In this document: in pieces, positions 49,796 to 61,777 of the stretch
Position numbering within the stretch: position 1 is the first letter of the stretch
How the letters are laid out: the number at the start of each line of letters is the position of its first letter
Assembly (NCBI GenBank): GCA_002787405.1
Contig: PCWQ01000007.1
Location: 102,250-166,249, forward strand
Source of the DNA: Candidatus Komeilibacteria bacterium CG11_big_fil_rev_8_21_14_0_20_36_20
GTDB lineage: Bacteria; Patescibacteriota; Patescibacteriia; UBA1558; GWA2-36-10
Length of the DNA: 64,000 nucleotides
Reading direction: 5' to 3'
The notes under the pieces: model-generated
Seen by the model: only the letters and a program-made list of their open reading frames with translations
The model's database searches: none
What the model was told of the DNA's origin: nothing
Position numbers and translations under genes: made by a program

Positions 49796-50686
49796 ATGAA
49801 AAGCGATTTAAACAAGTCTAAATGGCCTTTAATTTTAGACAAAAACCAGCAAATTAACCTTAAAAACTCCCATCCCCTTCATGCCTTAGCTCAGGAATTG
49901 ATTATCAGGGGATTTTCTAGGAAAACTATCCAGAATTATCTTTCGCACAATCAAAAATTTTTAAATTTTATAAGCAAATCAGCTAAAGAAGCCCGTACTC
50001 AAGATATCAAAAGTTATCTTCTTTATTTAAAATCAAAAAATTACAGCAATACTTCGTTAAATAGCGTCATTTCCGCTTTAAAATTCTATTATCAGCAAAT
50101 TCTCAAAAGAAAGCTGTTTTTTAATATCCAAAGACCAAAAAGAGAAAAATTTTTGCCAGTTATATTATCCCGCGCTGAAATCATCAATATCATCAACTCA
50201 CCTCTCAACATCAAACACCGCTTAATCTTATCTATGCTCTATGGATCAGGACTGCGAGTATCTGAATTAGTTAAAATAAAAATTAGTCACTTAGATATTT
50301 TAGGCAAAAAATTATTTGTCAAAAACAGCAAAGGACACAAAGACCGACACACTCTTTTGAGTATTCATAGTATTCAACTTTTAAATTTATACTTAGCCGC
50401 TTTGCCCGCCTCACAATCATATCTTTTTGCCGGTACTAACTCAAAATATCATCTTAGCTCAAGAAGCGTCCAAAAAATATTGATTCAATCTCTGATTAAA
50501 AACAAAATTAATAAAAAAATAAGCTGCCACAGCTTACGTCATGCTTTCGCCACTCATTTATTAGACCAAGGAATTGATTTGAGATTAATTCAAAAACTAC
50601 TCGGTCATCAAAATATCAAAACCACTCAACACTATACTCAAGTATCCAATAAATTTTTAAACAATATCAAAAGCCCGCTTGATTAA
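49796..50686 (+). CDS. Tyrosine recombinase (Xer/integron-integrase-like, no IntI insertion)
   Basis: YGSGLRVSE, KGHKDR, HSLRHAFATHLL, LGH, TTQHY; N-terminal SAM-like domain. Confidence 0.95.
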   Translation: MKSDLNKSKWPLILDKNQQINLKNSHPLHALAQELIIRGFSRKTIQNYLSHNQKFLNFISKSAKEARTQDIKSYLLYLKSKNYSNTSLNSVISALKFYYQQILKRKLFFNIQRPKREKFLPVILSRAEIINIINSPLNIKHRLILSMLYGSGLRVSELVKIKISHLDILGKKLFVKNSKGHKDRHTLLSIHSIQLLNLYLAALPASQSYLFAGTNSKYHLSSRSVQKILIQSLIKNKINKKISCHSLRHAFATHLLDQGIDLRLIQKLLGHQNIKTTQHYTQVSNKFLNNIKSPLD

Positions 50687-50689
50687 AAA

Positions 50690-52174
50690 CTATTTCAACC
50701 ACTCCAGCAAAGTCCTTACTCCAAAACCAACTCCGCCAGTAGGTATATAGCTGTTCATTGGTTTTTCTGCATAGGCTGGTCCGGCAATATCCCAATGAGA
50801 CCAAATCACATCCTTTTCAATAAACTCCTGCAAAAATAAAGCGGCTGTGCTTGGTTCTCCCAGTCTGGTGACTGGTATATTTCTAATATCAGCTACTTTA
50901 CTTTTATTTAATTGCCTATATTCTTCAGGCAAAGGCAAGCGCCATAATTTTTCTCCGGAAACTTCAGTGGCTTTTAATAATTCTTTAGTTAACTGATTAT
51001 TATTACTAAACAAACCAGCATAATCTGTGCCTAAAGCAACCATGCAGGCGCCGGTCAAAGTAGCCAGATCAATTATTTTCTTAATTCCTTGCTTTTGAAT
51101 ATAAGTTAAGGCATCAGCTAAAGTAACCCGGCCTTCGGCATCAGTATTGCCGATCTCAATAGTCTTGCCCTGCATGCTTTTAACAATGTCGCCCGGCTTT
51201 AAAGCCCGACCAGAAGGCATGTTTTCGCAGGCAGCAATAATTCCATGGACTTCTACCTTAAGGTTTAATTGACTGATAACGGAAAATAATCCTAAAACTG
51301 AAGCTGCGCCAGCCATATCATTTTTCATTTGCGCCATGCCTTCAAAAGATTTAATATTGAGCCCTCCGCTGTCAAAAGTAATACCTTTCCCTATTAAGGC
51401 AATTTTATCCTTGGTGGTAGCTTTTGGTTTATAAACTAAATGAATTAATTTTGGTGGCTGATGAGAACCCTGATCAACTCCCAAAAAAGCATCCATGCCT
51501 AGTTTTTTAATAGCTGGGCGGTCTAAAATTTTAACTGATATATTTTTATTTTGCTTAACGATTTGCTGGGCTTCTTTAGCTAAGAAAGTTGGTGTAACCT
51601 GACTGCCTGGCTCATTAATTAAATCTCGAGCTTTGATGGCTCCTTGGGCCAATAATAATCCTCGTTGCCATCCTTTTCCCAATTTAGTTCTTTGAGCAGC
51701 AGAGATTTCCACTACTATTTGCTTAATATCAACTTTAATTTTATTTTTGTCTAATTTTTTATATTTATCAAAATTATAATTAGCCAAGACTAATCCTTCA
51801 GCTAAAGCTTGACCTAGGTGCTCAATATCTGAATTGCCTTTCAGCCAATCTCTGACTACTAAACCAATATTATTAGCAAAATATTTTTTCAAACAAACAA
51901 TAATCCAACCGGCTGTATTGCGCCAGTCCTCTATTGATAATTTTTTGGCTTGACCAGTACCTAGTAAAATAATTACCTGTTCTGCTCGATCAAACACAAA
52001 AGTCTGGGCTTTTCTACCAATAAAATTCTGCTTCTTTATTTTTTGTAAAATCAGCTCTTTGTCAGCTGGATTTATTTTTTTAATTAAAGAATTAATCTGA
52101 TTTTCGTCCTGCAGAACTGGATGAAAAACTACTTCTATGTCTTGATTTATTTTGTTAGTAAATGTTAATTTCAT
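50690..52174 (-). CDS. pepA: Leucyl aminopeptidase (M17)
   Basis: GKGITFDSGG, MKNDMAGAA, NTDAEGR, ATLTGA. Confidence 0.97.
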   Translation of the reverse strand: MKLTFTNKINQDIEVVFHPVLQDENQINSLIKKINPADKELILQKIKKQNFIGRKAQTFVFDRAEQVIILLGTGQAKKLSIEDWRNTAGWIIVCLKKYFANNIGLVVRDWLKGNSDIEHLGQALAEGLVLANYNFDKYKKLDKNKIKVDIKQIVVEISAAQRTKLGKGWQRGLLLAQGAIKARDLINEPGSQVTPTFLAKEAQQIVKQNKNISVKILDRPAIKKLGMDAFLGVDQGSHQPPKLIHLVYKPKATTKDKIALIGKGITFDSGGLNIKSFEGMAQMKNDMAGAASVLGLFSVISQLNLKVEVHGIIAACENMPSGRALKPGDIVKSMQGKTIEIGNTDAEGRVTLADALTYIQKQGIKKIIDLATLTGACMVALGTDYAGLFSNNNQLTKELLKATEVSGEKLWRLPLPEEYRQLNKSKVADIRNIPVTRLGEPSTAALFLQEFIEKDVIWSHWDIAGPAYAEKPMNSYIPTGGVGFGVRTLLEWLK

Positions 52175-52182
52175 GTATTTGA

Positions 52183-52626
52183 TTATATCAAATTAAAATG
52201 TTTTAAAAGTATAAAGATCAGAAAAAGCCAGCGTAAAGCCAAAGTAAAATGCTTTTTTGTTTTCCAACTAATAATAGATAAAATAATATTAACTAGAAAA
52301 AAATAAAACCAGGGAGTAAAAAAGAACCAAAACAAAATGCCTTCGCTTAACCGATCACAAACCATATCCACTAAATATCCTTTAGCGCTGGTGCGGTGAT
52401 ATCTTTTAGCAATCAAACCATCCAGCCAATCCAATAAACAAGCTAAGATAATAAAAGAAAATAACCACCAAAAATTCTGATAATTCCAAACAGCGACAAT
52501 AGTAACGATAACTGATAAAATAGAAATAATATCCGGATTAATATTAGGTAAGGGAATGCTAGTTGTCAATCCATCCAAATTCTTTCTAAATCTTAACATG
52601 ATACCTGTTTTGATTGGCTCTTCCAT
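52183..52626 (-). CDS. CDP-alcohol phosphatidyltransferase family protein
   Basis: DWLDGLIAK...G..VD..CD motif. Confidence 0.9.
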   Translation of the reverse strand: MEEPIKTGIMLRFRKNLDGLTTSIPLPNINPDIISILSVIVTIVAVWNYQNFWWLFSFIILACLLDWLDGLIAKRYHRTSAKGYLVDMVCDRLSEGILFWFFFTPWFYFFLVNIILSIISWKTKKHFTLALRWLFLIFILLKHFNLI

Positions 52627-52701
52627 AAACCAAATTTATCATAATTAAAGCTTTAAGGCAATCTAAAAACACCCTAACCTAGGGTGTTTATATTTATCTA
52701 A

Positions 52702-53385
52702 TTATACTGCTATTTTGACAGACGGACCCATGGATGAAGCCAGATGAATGGATTTAAAAAACACTCCTTTAGCTGACTGGGGTTTGGATTTTTTTAAGGC
52801 ATCAAAAAATGTTTGAAAATTTTCCAAAAGCTCTTTTTCCCCAAATGACACCTTACCTATCAAAAGATGCACGTTAGCGGTATCATCATTCTTATAAGAC
52901 ACTTTGCCTTTCTTGAGCTCACCAATCATTTTCTTTAAATCAGAATCAATCGTACCCATTTTTGGATTTGGCATTAAACCCTTTTGACCAAGTGTTCTGG
53001 CAATGACCGCTAGATTTTTCATTATTTCTGGTGTAGCTACCGCCAAATCAAAATCGCATTTGCCGGTCTTTTTTATTTCATTAATTAATTCATCTCCTCC
53101 GGCAAGATCAGCTCCTGCCTGCTTAGCTTCTTTGATTTTCCCTTCGGGCACAAAAGCGGCTATCTTTAAAACTTTGCCCGTTCCATGAGGTAAAACAATT
53201 GCTCCCCGAATAATCTGGTCGCCTTTTTTAGGATCAATGCCCAAGTGGGCATGTACTTCTATCGAGGCGTCAAATTTGACTTGGGAAGTTTCTTTAATTA
53301 ATTTGATCGCTTCCTCAATCGGGTATGTTTTGTTTGACTCAATTTTAGCCCTGGCCTCCTTTAACCTTTTACTTAACTTTGACAT
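52702..53385 (-). CDS. rplA: 50S ribosomal protein L1
   Basis: KFDASIE, LPHGTGK, GLMPNPK, SSMGPS. Confidence 0.98.
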   Translation of the reverse strand: MSKLSKRLKEARAKIESNKTYPIEEAIKLIKETSQVKFDASIEVHAHLGIDPKKGDQIIRGAIVLPHGTGKVLKIAAFVPEGKIKEAKQAGADLAGGDELINEIKKTGKCDFDLAVATPEIMKNLAVIARTLGQKGLMPNPKMGTIDSDLKKMIGELKKGKVSYKNDDTANVHLLIGKVSFGEKELLENFQTFFDALKKSKPQSAKGVFFKSIHLASSMGPSVKIAV

Positions 53386-53400
53386 ATATTTTAAATTTGC

Positions 53401-53437
53401 GAAGTCCTAACGCTTTATTGACTAATAAAGCTCCTTC
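53401..53437 (-). promoter_or_regulatory. Putative L1-binding leader hairpin before rplA
   Basis: GAAG-GAG-CTTTATT-AGTC-AATAAAG-CGTTAGGA-CTTC stem with an asymmetric internal loop. Confidence 0.45.
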
Positions 53438-53496
53438 TTTATCCTTCATAGCTCCAAGCTCCTATTATTAATAAAACATCAAGGAACGCGGAAGAA

Positions 53497-53925
53497 TTAT
53501 TTTTCTTCTATTTTAACGCCCATTTGTCTGGCTGTGCCGGCCACAATCCTTTTAGCGGCCTCAATATCATTGGCATTCAAATCAGGCATCTTAGCTTCAG
53601 CAATATCTGTCAATTGAGCATCTGTCAGCTGACCGACTTTCTGTTGCAAAGCATTGCCAGATCCTTTTTTTAAATTAATCTTCTTTTTAATCATGTCGGC
53701 TACTGGAGCAGTTTTTAAAACAAAATCAAAAGTCCGATCAATATAGATTTTTAGTTCCACCGGCACTACTTCGCCCATTCTATCTTTGGTGGCGTCATTA
53801 AATTTAGTGCAGAATTCCTGAATATTCAAACCATGGGGCCCCAAAGCCGTACCTACTGGCGGGGCTGGAGTGGCTTTACCGGCTTGAATCTGCAATTTCA
53901 CTATTTGCTTAACTTCTTTTGCCAT
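53497..53925 (-). CDS. rplK: 50S ribosomal protein L11
   Basis: [22 protein letters not shown]. Confidence 0.98.
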   Translation of the reverse strand: MAKEVKQIVKLQIQAGKATPAPPVGTALGPHGLNIQEFCTKFNDATKDRMGEVVPVELKIYIDRTFDFVLKTAPVADMIKKKINLKKGSGNALQQKVGQLTDAQLTDIAEAKMPDLNANDIEAAKRIVAGTARQMGVKIEEK

Positions 53926-53929
53926 ATTT

Positions 53930-54475
53930 TTATAATTTCTTAATCTGTAAAAAATCCAACTCTACTGGGGTTTCTCGGCCGAACATGGAAACCAAAACTT
54001 TAGCTTTACCACGCGCTTCATCAATATCAGAAACCTTACCCTCGTAATCCTTAAAAGGACCGTCGGTAATTTTAACCATCTCGCCGATGGCAATATCAAT
54101 CTTAAACTCTGGCTCCTCCTGACCCATTCTAGACATCAGCGCTTTAATCTCTGTTTCAGAAACTGGAGTAGGTGTGGTTCCAGAACCGACAAAACCGGTA
54201 ACATTCGGTGTGTTTCGCACTACATACCACGAAGCATCGGTCACAATCATGTTAACTAAAACATAACCAGGAAAAATTTTCTCTTTGACGGTTTTTCTCT
54301 TACCATTTTTAATCTTAATTTTAGTTTCTGTAGGAATCAAAACATCAAAGATTTTATCTTCCATATCCATTGATTCAATCCTTTGTTTTAAATTGCGTGA
54401 CACATTTTCTTCATAGCCAGAATAAGTATGTAAAACATACCATCGTCTTCCTTGTTGTGCGCTTTGTCTTGACAT
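53930..54475 (-). CDS. nusG: Transcription factor NusG
   Basis: [25 protein letters not shown]. Confidence 0.98.
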   Translation of the reverse strand: MSRQSAQQGRRWYVLHTYSGYEENVSRNLKQRIESMDMEDKIFDVLIPTETKIKIKNGKRKTVKEKIFPGYVLVNMIVTDASWYVVRNTPNVTGFVGSGTTPTPVSETEIKALMSRMGQEEPEFKIDIAIGEMVKITDGPFKDYEGKVSDIDEARGKAKVLVSMFGRETPVELDFLQIKKL

Positions 54476-54492
54476 AATCTTACTTAGTTAAA

Positions 54493-54678
54493 TTATGTAA
54501 CCAAAAAAATCTCTAAAGCTTTAGTTAAAATAAAATCTACCGCACCTAAAAAAATAGCCACTGCTAAAGAAATAACAATTACTATTAAAGTATGCTGAAT
54601 GGCTGTTTCCCGGGAAGGCCAAACAACTTTGGCGAATTCCTCTCGGGCCCCTTTTAGATAAGCAGTTAATTTATTCAT
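54493..54678 (-). CDS. secE: Preprotein translocase subunit SecE
   Basis: EFAKVVWPSR plus one TM; upstream of nusG. Confidence 0.95.
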   Translation of the reverse strand: MNKLTAYLKGAREEFAKVVWPSRETAIQHTLIVIVISLAVAIFLGAVDFILTKALEIFLVT

Positions 54679-54785
54679 AATAAAAATTAAAGTCTTTTAA
54701 AACAGCCTCGCTGTGCTGTTTTAACTGTTGAAACTATAGCACAAAAAACTATTTTTGGCAAGTTTGGCTAATATTAGCCGAAAAA

Positions 54786-56933
<2,148 letters not shown>

Positions 56934-56980
56934 TTACAACTCTATTTTAGCATAAAATCAAGGAAAAAACAAGCTACTAA

Positions 56981-57077
56981 AACCCCATCTAACCCCTCCC
57001 GGCCTCCCCTTGACAGGGGAGGAGTTTTAATAAAATAAAGTCCCCCTGTTAAGGGGATTTAGGGGATTAGAGAGGGT
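56981..57077. repeat. Cluster of GC-rich REP-like hairpins
   Basis: CCTCCCCTTGACAGGGGAGG and TCCCCCTGTTAAGGGGA; related copies at 6071-6088 and ~11920-11938. Confidence 0.65.
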
Positions 57078-57158
57078 ATAATTGACACCTCTTTTAATCT
57101 ATGATAATTTGCACTAATGAATTAACATGTACTTTCAAATTTACAAAAGAGGTAAATC

Positions 57159-57647
57159 ATGAACAAAAAAATATTTGCCATGATAATAATACCAACTTTG
57201 TTGGTGCCGGTTATTTTCTTTGTAATCGTGTCCTTGGAATTTGCGCCAACGGCCATTACAGCTGTACGACTTGTAATAGTCGCCATAGCTGTAATGGCTT
57301 GGTTTTCATTATCCAGTAAAAGATGGCTGATCCACTTGTTTCTTACCTGTGGGGCTTCTCTTCTTGGATCATCAGATGGAATATTTCCGGAGGCAAGCAT
57401 TTGGCTAAATTGCACCATCCTAACACTTCTTACATTTCCACTCTCTGGTGTATTATTGGCGGATAAAATCAATAGAGAAGCGTGGAAATTAAATTTCGCC
57501 TACACAATTGGACTTATCTCTATATTTACATCAATACACTTATTCACAAGTGTAGGCTGGTACTCAATGTTTATTACGGTGATTGGTGCGTTACTGTTAT
57601 CAATTTTATGGCTATTTTGGTGGAAACATCAGCCAATAACCGCCTAA
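57159..57647 (+). CDS. Hypothetical multi-TM membrane protein (stand-alone unit)
   Basis: Promoter TTGACA at 57082; GAGGT SD; several TM helices; terminator ~57652-57687. Confidence 0.75.
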   Translation: MNKKIFAMIIIPTLLVPVIFFVIVSLEFAPTAITAVRLVIVAIAVMAWFSLSSKRWLIHLFLTCGASLLGSSDGIFPEASIWLNCTILTLLTFPLSGVLLADKINREAWKLNFAYTIGLISIFTSIHLFTSVGWYSMFITVIGALLLSILWLFWWKHQPITA

Positions 57648-57694
57648 ATCCAACCCCTCAGAGTAAAACCTGGGGGTTTGTTTTTTGTTAAAAA

Positions 57695-57800
57695 CGTCAT
57701 TCTGGAAGGAGGAGTTTGCGACGACTGATAGAATCTCGTGAATTAAAGCAAGATTCTATCGCTCATCCCGACGTTCGTCAGGATTCGCTCCAGAATGACG
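57695..57800. repeat. REP/MITE-like palindromic element
   Basis: Terminal inverted repeat CGTCATTCTGGA...TCCAGAATGACG with inner GATAGAATCT/AGATTCTATC. Confidence 0.8.
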
Positions 57801-57807
57801 ATAGCTA

Positions 57808-60231
57808 TTATCTCAAAACTGCTTGAAATTTCTTTTCTAGAATCTTTAAAACATCTTTCATCAACTGATCAACATCTTCAGCCATCAGAGTCTTATCATC
57901 ACTGCGAAATTCTAAATGAAAAGCCAAAGATTTTTTATTAGCGCCAATTTCTTGACCAGTAAAAACATCAAACGGTTCAACCTGACGGATTAAAGAAGAA
58001 ATATTGATAATTTCTTTTTCCAAATCACTCCAGCCGACTGTTTCGTCCACCACCACCGCCATATCTCTTCTAATACTCGGAAACTTTGGCAAGGACTGAT
58101 ATCTTTTTGAAAAATTAATATATTTAACCAATAAAGCAAAATCAAACTGCCAAAAACCAATCTTGGCTTTAGCATCATCAAGTAATCTATCTTTTATTAA
58201 CCCAAAATTACCAAGTATTATATCCTGATGTTTTAACTGAAAAGCATGGTTGGCATAAGGCAATTTTATCTTTTCGCTCTGCCATTTAATATTCCAATAA
58301 TCCATTAGGGATTCTATCAAACCCTTGACTGATAAAAAGACTTGTTCTGAATTATAGCTACTGACTTCCAGTCCAGCCAGAGACTTTTCCTGAACCGGCA
58401 AAAACTTCTTCTTGCTCTGATCAGTATGATAAGCGCCGCGACTTCTTTTATCAAAAACTCTTTCCAATTCAAAAATCCTAAATTCATCAAACCAGCGCAG
58501 ATTATCCTCGGCTTTACTCAATAAATTTGGCAAGAGAGAAAGATTAAGGTAGCTTTGTTCTGGGCTAACTGCATTTTTCACTTTAAGATGCTGTTTGAGA
58601 TCAAAACCTAGTTTCTCTACCCAGACTATATCTGTAAAAGCATAAGTATAAACTTCCGTATAAGCTTGCGCCCAAGCTAGCCATTTTTTAATATCTTTAG
58701 CCCCTTGATAAGCTACATCAAAAATTGGCTCCTGCAAAACTACTTGTGGCAACTGATAAGGAATATTATTATAACCATAAATTCTAGCCACTTCCTCTAC
58801 AATATCTTCGGGAATGGAGATATCTTTAGTAGCCCGAAAAGACGGCACTTTAATCTGAAAAGTCTTGGATCTATGCTCTACTCCAAATTGTAGTCTCTGC
58901 AGAATACCTTTAATGTCAGTTGTATGAATCACTGCTCCAAACCGTTGATTAATTAAACTTTCCGGCACTTCTAAGGTTATTTCTTTAAAAGGATTATTAT
59001 TAACATCAACTAATTTGCTGGCTATGTAACTTTCGGAACATAAAGATAAAATTAACTGTGCTGCTTTTTTAATTGCTGTTTCAGCCAATAATGGATCAAT
59101 TGATTTTTCAAAACGAGCTGAACTTTCGCTGCGCAAACCCAAAGCAGTTGAAGTGCGCCGCACGCTGGCTGCTCTAAAATTGGCTGACTCTAAAATAATT
59201 TCAGTAGTGTCAGTGCCGATTTCACTATTTTGTCCTCCCATAATACCGGCTAGAGCCACATATTTCTGACTGTCGGAAATCATCAGAGCTCCTTCCGGCA
59301 ATTTCCGCCTCTTACCGTCTAAAGTAATAAAGGACTCCCCTTTCTTAGCTTGTTTAATCTGAATATGAGCATCCTTAATCTGGCGAGCATCAAAAGCATG
59401 CAAGGGCTGACCTAATTCATACATCACATAATTAGTGACATCCACAATATTATTAATTGGTCTCAAACCAACTGCCTGTAGCTGTTTTTTCAACCACCAT
59501 GGAGAATCTTCAATCTTAATATTTTTAATGGCCCAGCCCAAATAACGAAAACAATTTGCTTTATCTTGCACGGAAACTTTTAATTTAATCTGATTCTTAG
59601 TAGTTAAATCAACAACCGGATATTCTTTTAACTTCAAATGATAAATAGCCGCTAATTCTCTGGCCAGCCCATACTGTCCCCATAAATCAGGACGATGATT
59701 GATTGACTTGTTATCAATATCGATGATGGTATCATCCAGCTCCAGGGCCTGACTTAAGGGCTGCCCTGGTTTTACTTTGAATCCTGATAAATCTAAAATT
59801 TCGGTTTCTGACCGGCTAGGAAATAAGTCACCCAACCCAATTTCTTCGACTGCCGCAATCATCCCCTGACTTTCCACACCGCGAATCTTGGCTTTACTCA
59901 AAGTGACCCAATTGCCCTGACCATGCCATCTGACTTTAGCACCAACTTGAGCGACAGCCACTAACATGCCTTTACTCAAATTGCTGCCGCCGCAGACAAT
60001 TTTCTCCACGCTTTCTCCAGTATCAACCTGACAGACCTGCAAACGATCCGCTTGAGGATGTTTGACTATTTCCTTAACTTTACCAACTACAATATCTTTT
60101 AAAGCTTCTGCTTGATCAATAACTTCTTCTACTTCTACAGTAGCCATGGTTAAATCTAGAGCAATTTGCTTATTGTCTACATCTTTTGGTAATTTTAACC
60201 AATTTTTTACCCAATTTAACGACAGATACAT
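57808..60231 (-). CDS. pheT: Phenylalanine--tRNA ligase beta subunit
   Basis: HPQADRL, INNIVDVTNY, GQPLHAFD, EEVARIYGY; FDX-ACB C-terminus. Confidence 0.98.
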   Translation of the reverse strand: MYLSLNWVKNWLKLPKDVDNKQIALDLTMATVEVEEVIDQAEALKDIVVGKVKEIVKHPQADRLQVCQVDTGESVEKIVCGGSNLSKGMLVAVAQVGAKVRWHGQGNWVTLSKAKIRGVESQGMIAAVEEIGLGDLFPSRSETEILDLSGFKVKPGQPLSQALELDDTIIDIDNKSINHRPDLWGQYGLARELAAIYHLKLKEYPVVDLTTKNQIKLKVSVQDKANCFRYLGWAIKNIKIEDSPWWLKKQLQAVGLRPINNIVDVTNYVMYELGQPLHAFDARQIKDAHIQIKQAKKGESFITLDGKRRKLPEGALMISDSQKYVALAGIMGGQNSEIGTDTTEIILESANFRAASVRRTSTALGLRSESSARFEKSIDPLLAETAIKKAAQLILSLCSESYIASKLVDVNNNPFKEITLEVPESLINQRFGAVIHTTDIKGILQRLQFGVEHRSKTFQIKVPSFRATKDISIPEDIVEEVARIYGYNNIPYQLPQVVLQEPIFDVAYQGAKDIKKWLAWAQAYTEVYTYAFTDIVWVEKLGFDLKQHLKVKNAVSPEQSYLNLSLLPNLLSKAEDNLRWFDEFRIFELERVFDKRSRGAYHTDQSKKKFLPVQEKSLAGLEVSSYNSEQVFLSVKGLIESLMDYWNIKWQSEKIKLPYANHAFQLKHQDIILGNFGLIKDRLLDDAKAKIGFWQFDFALLVKYINFSKRYQSLPKFPSIRRDMAVVVDETVGWSDLEKEIINISSLIRQVEPFDVFTGQEIGANKKSLAFHLEFRSDDKTLMAEDVDQLMKDVLKILEKKFQAVLR

Positions 60232-60232
60232 A

Positions 60233-61240
60233 TTAGAATTGTTTTAAAAATCTTAAATCGCCCGATTGCAATAGTCTGATATCATTAATCCTGTATTTCA
60301 TCATTACCAAACGAGTCAGGCCTAAGCCAAAGGCAAATCCTGAATACTCTTCTGGATCTAACCCTCCCGCTTTTAAGACGCCTGGGTGGACTAAACCGCA
60401 AGGCATCAACTCCACCCAGCCAGACTGCTTACAAACCGAACAGCCATCTCCTTCGCAAATAAAACACTCAATATCCATCTCAAAGCCCGGCTCCACAAAA
60501 GGAAAAAATCCCGGACGTAACCTGACATTAACCTTTTTATGAAAAACAGCTGACAAGAGAGATTGCATCACCGCAATAAGATTACCAATATTAATGTTTC
60601 GATCAACCATCAACCCTTCCGTCTGATAAAAAGTATGCTCATGGGAAGCGTCTGTGGATTCATAACGAAATACTCTGCCTGGAAAAATACCCCGAAAAGG
60701 CGCGCCATATTTTTCCAGCATTCGCACCTGTAAATTGGAAGTGTGGGTTCTTAATAGATTTTTTCCTTCTACCCAAAAAGTGTCCTGGGTATCTCTAGCT
60801 GGATGATCCTCGGGAATATTTAAAGCTGTAAAATTATAATAGTCTGATTCCAACTGCGGCCCGTCAAAAATTGAAAAACCAAGTTTAGCAAATGCCTCTT
60901 CAATTTCCTCTTGAACAATGGTGGAAGGGTGTAAATGCCCAATCTCTCTTCTCTGACCGGGCAAGCTGGAATCAAAATTCCGGGGACGAATAGCGGATTT
61001 TTTAATAATTGCTTCAGTTCTGCCAAAAACTTCCAGAAGTTCTTTTTTAATCTCGTTGGCTAATTGACCGACCCTTGGTTTTTCTTCTACTGCCAGATCT
61101 TTTACTCCTCTTAGAATACTGGCTAGTTCCCCCTTACGCCCCAAATATTTAATTTTTAATTCAGCTAAAAAATCATCATCTCTAACTGTCTTTAGCTCAG
61201 AGAAAAATCTGTTTTTTAATTCTCGTAATTTCTTTTCCAT
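60233..61240 (-). CDS. pheS: Phenylalanine--tRNA ligase alpha subunit
   Basis: HPARDTQDTF, LRTHTS, FFPFVEP, GFAFGLG. Confidence 0.98.
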   Translation of the reverse strand: MEKKLRELKNRFFSELKTVRDDDFLAELKIKYLGRKGELASILRGVKDLAVEEKPRVGQLANEIKKELLEVFGRTEAIIKKSAIRPRNFDSSLPGQRREIGHLHPSTIVQEEIEEAFAKLGFSIFDGPQLESDYYNFTALNIPEDHPARDTQDTFWVEGKNLLRTHTSNLQVRMLEKYGAPFRGIFPGRVFRYESTDASHEHTFYQTEGLMVDRNINIGNLIAVMQSLLSAVFHKKVNVRLRPGFFPFVEPGFEMDIECFICEGDGCSVCKQSGWVELMPCGLVHPGVLKAGGLDPEEYSGFAFGLGLTRLVMMKYRINDIRLLQSGDLRFLKQF

Positions 61241-61243
61241 AAA

Positions 61244-61645
61244 TTAAGGATTTGATTTATTATTTTCATTTTGACGAAATAATAAAATTAAAAATTCAAC
61301 TATACTAGCAAAGATAATCAACAAAAGTATATTCCACCAAGTCAGCACTCGACCGGCCTGCAACCAGGAAGCAATAATAAACACCCCGGCAAAAATAACT
61401 GCTTGCCGGAAAGATTCAGTCACAATCGTACCCGGCACTTCTTTATGATGATAAGCCAGCTTGCGTATCCAAAAACCGATCATAGATAAGGTCCCCAAAA
61501 TCCCCAAAAACAATACTAAATAAAAAAGAATAAAAACCGTTAAGCTGGATTGATGCGGATCAAAGTTATTAATAATAATGAAAAAACCGAACCAAGCTAT
61601 TACTGTGGCTATAATCATAATGGCATTGTATGTCTTGAGGTTCAT
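61244..61645 (-). CDS. Hypothetical four-TM membrane protein
   Basis: Hydrophobic helices; SFRQA motif. Confidence 0.75.
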   Translation of the reverse strand: MNLKTYNAIMIIATVIAWFGFFIIINNFDPHQSSLTVFILFYLVLFLGILGTLSMIGFWIRKLAYHHKEVPGTIVTESFRQAVIFAGVFIIASWLQAGRVLTWWNILLLIIFASIVEFLILLFRQNENNKSNP

Positions 61646-61777
61646 TAACTGTAATTTTACTAAAAAATGAGGTAAAAATCAAATTGCATCAACGTTGACA
61701 TCAATCTACAAAAGTGATAGTATTTTGAAATTCCTAGTACTTAACAAAAACCCTACAATTACCGGAGGAAACTTCTT

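Noticed and set aside
49796-50686. Canonical class 1-type integron or prophage integrase
   Set aside because: No IntI-specific insertion, no convincing attC hairpins, no phage genes and no adjacent tRNA.
50690-52174. PepA acting as a Xer accessory factor for the neighbouring recombinase
   Set aside because: Only convergent adjacency supports it; no accessory-site evidence is visible, so it is probably coincidental.
57101-57691. Alternative ORFs 57101..57319, 57122..57472 and 57482..57691
   Set aside because: They overlap 57159..57647, which has the promoter, SD, TM pattern and terminator.
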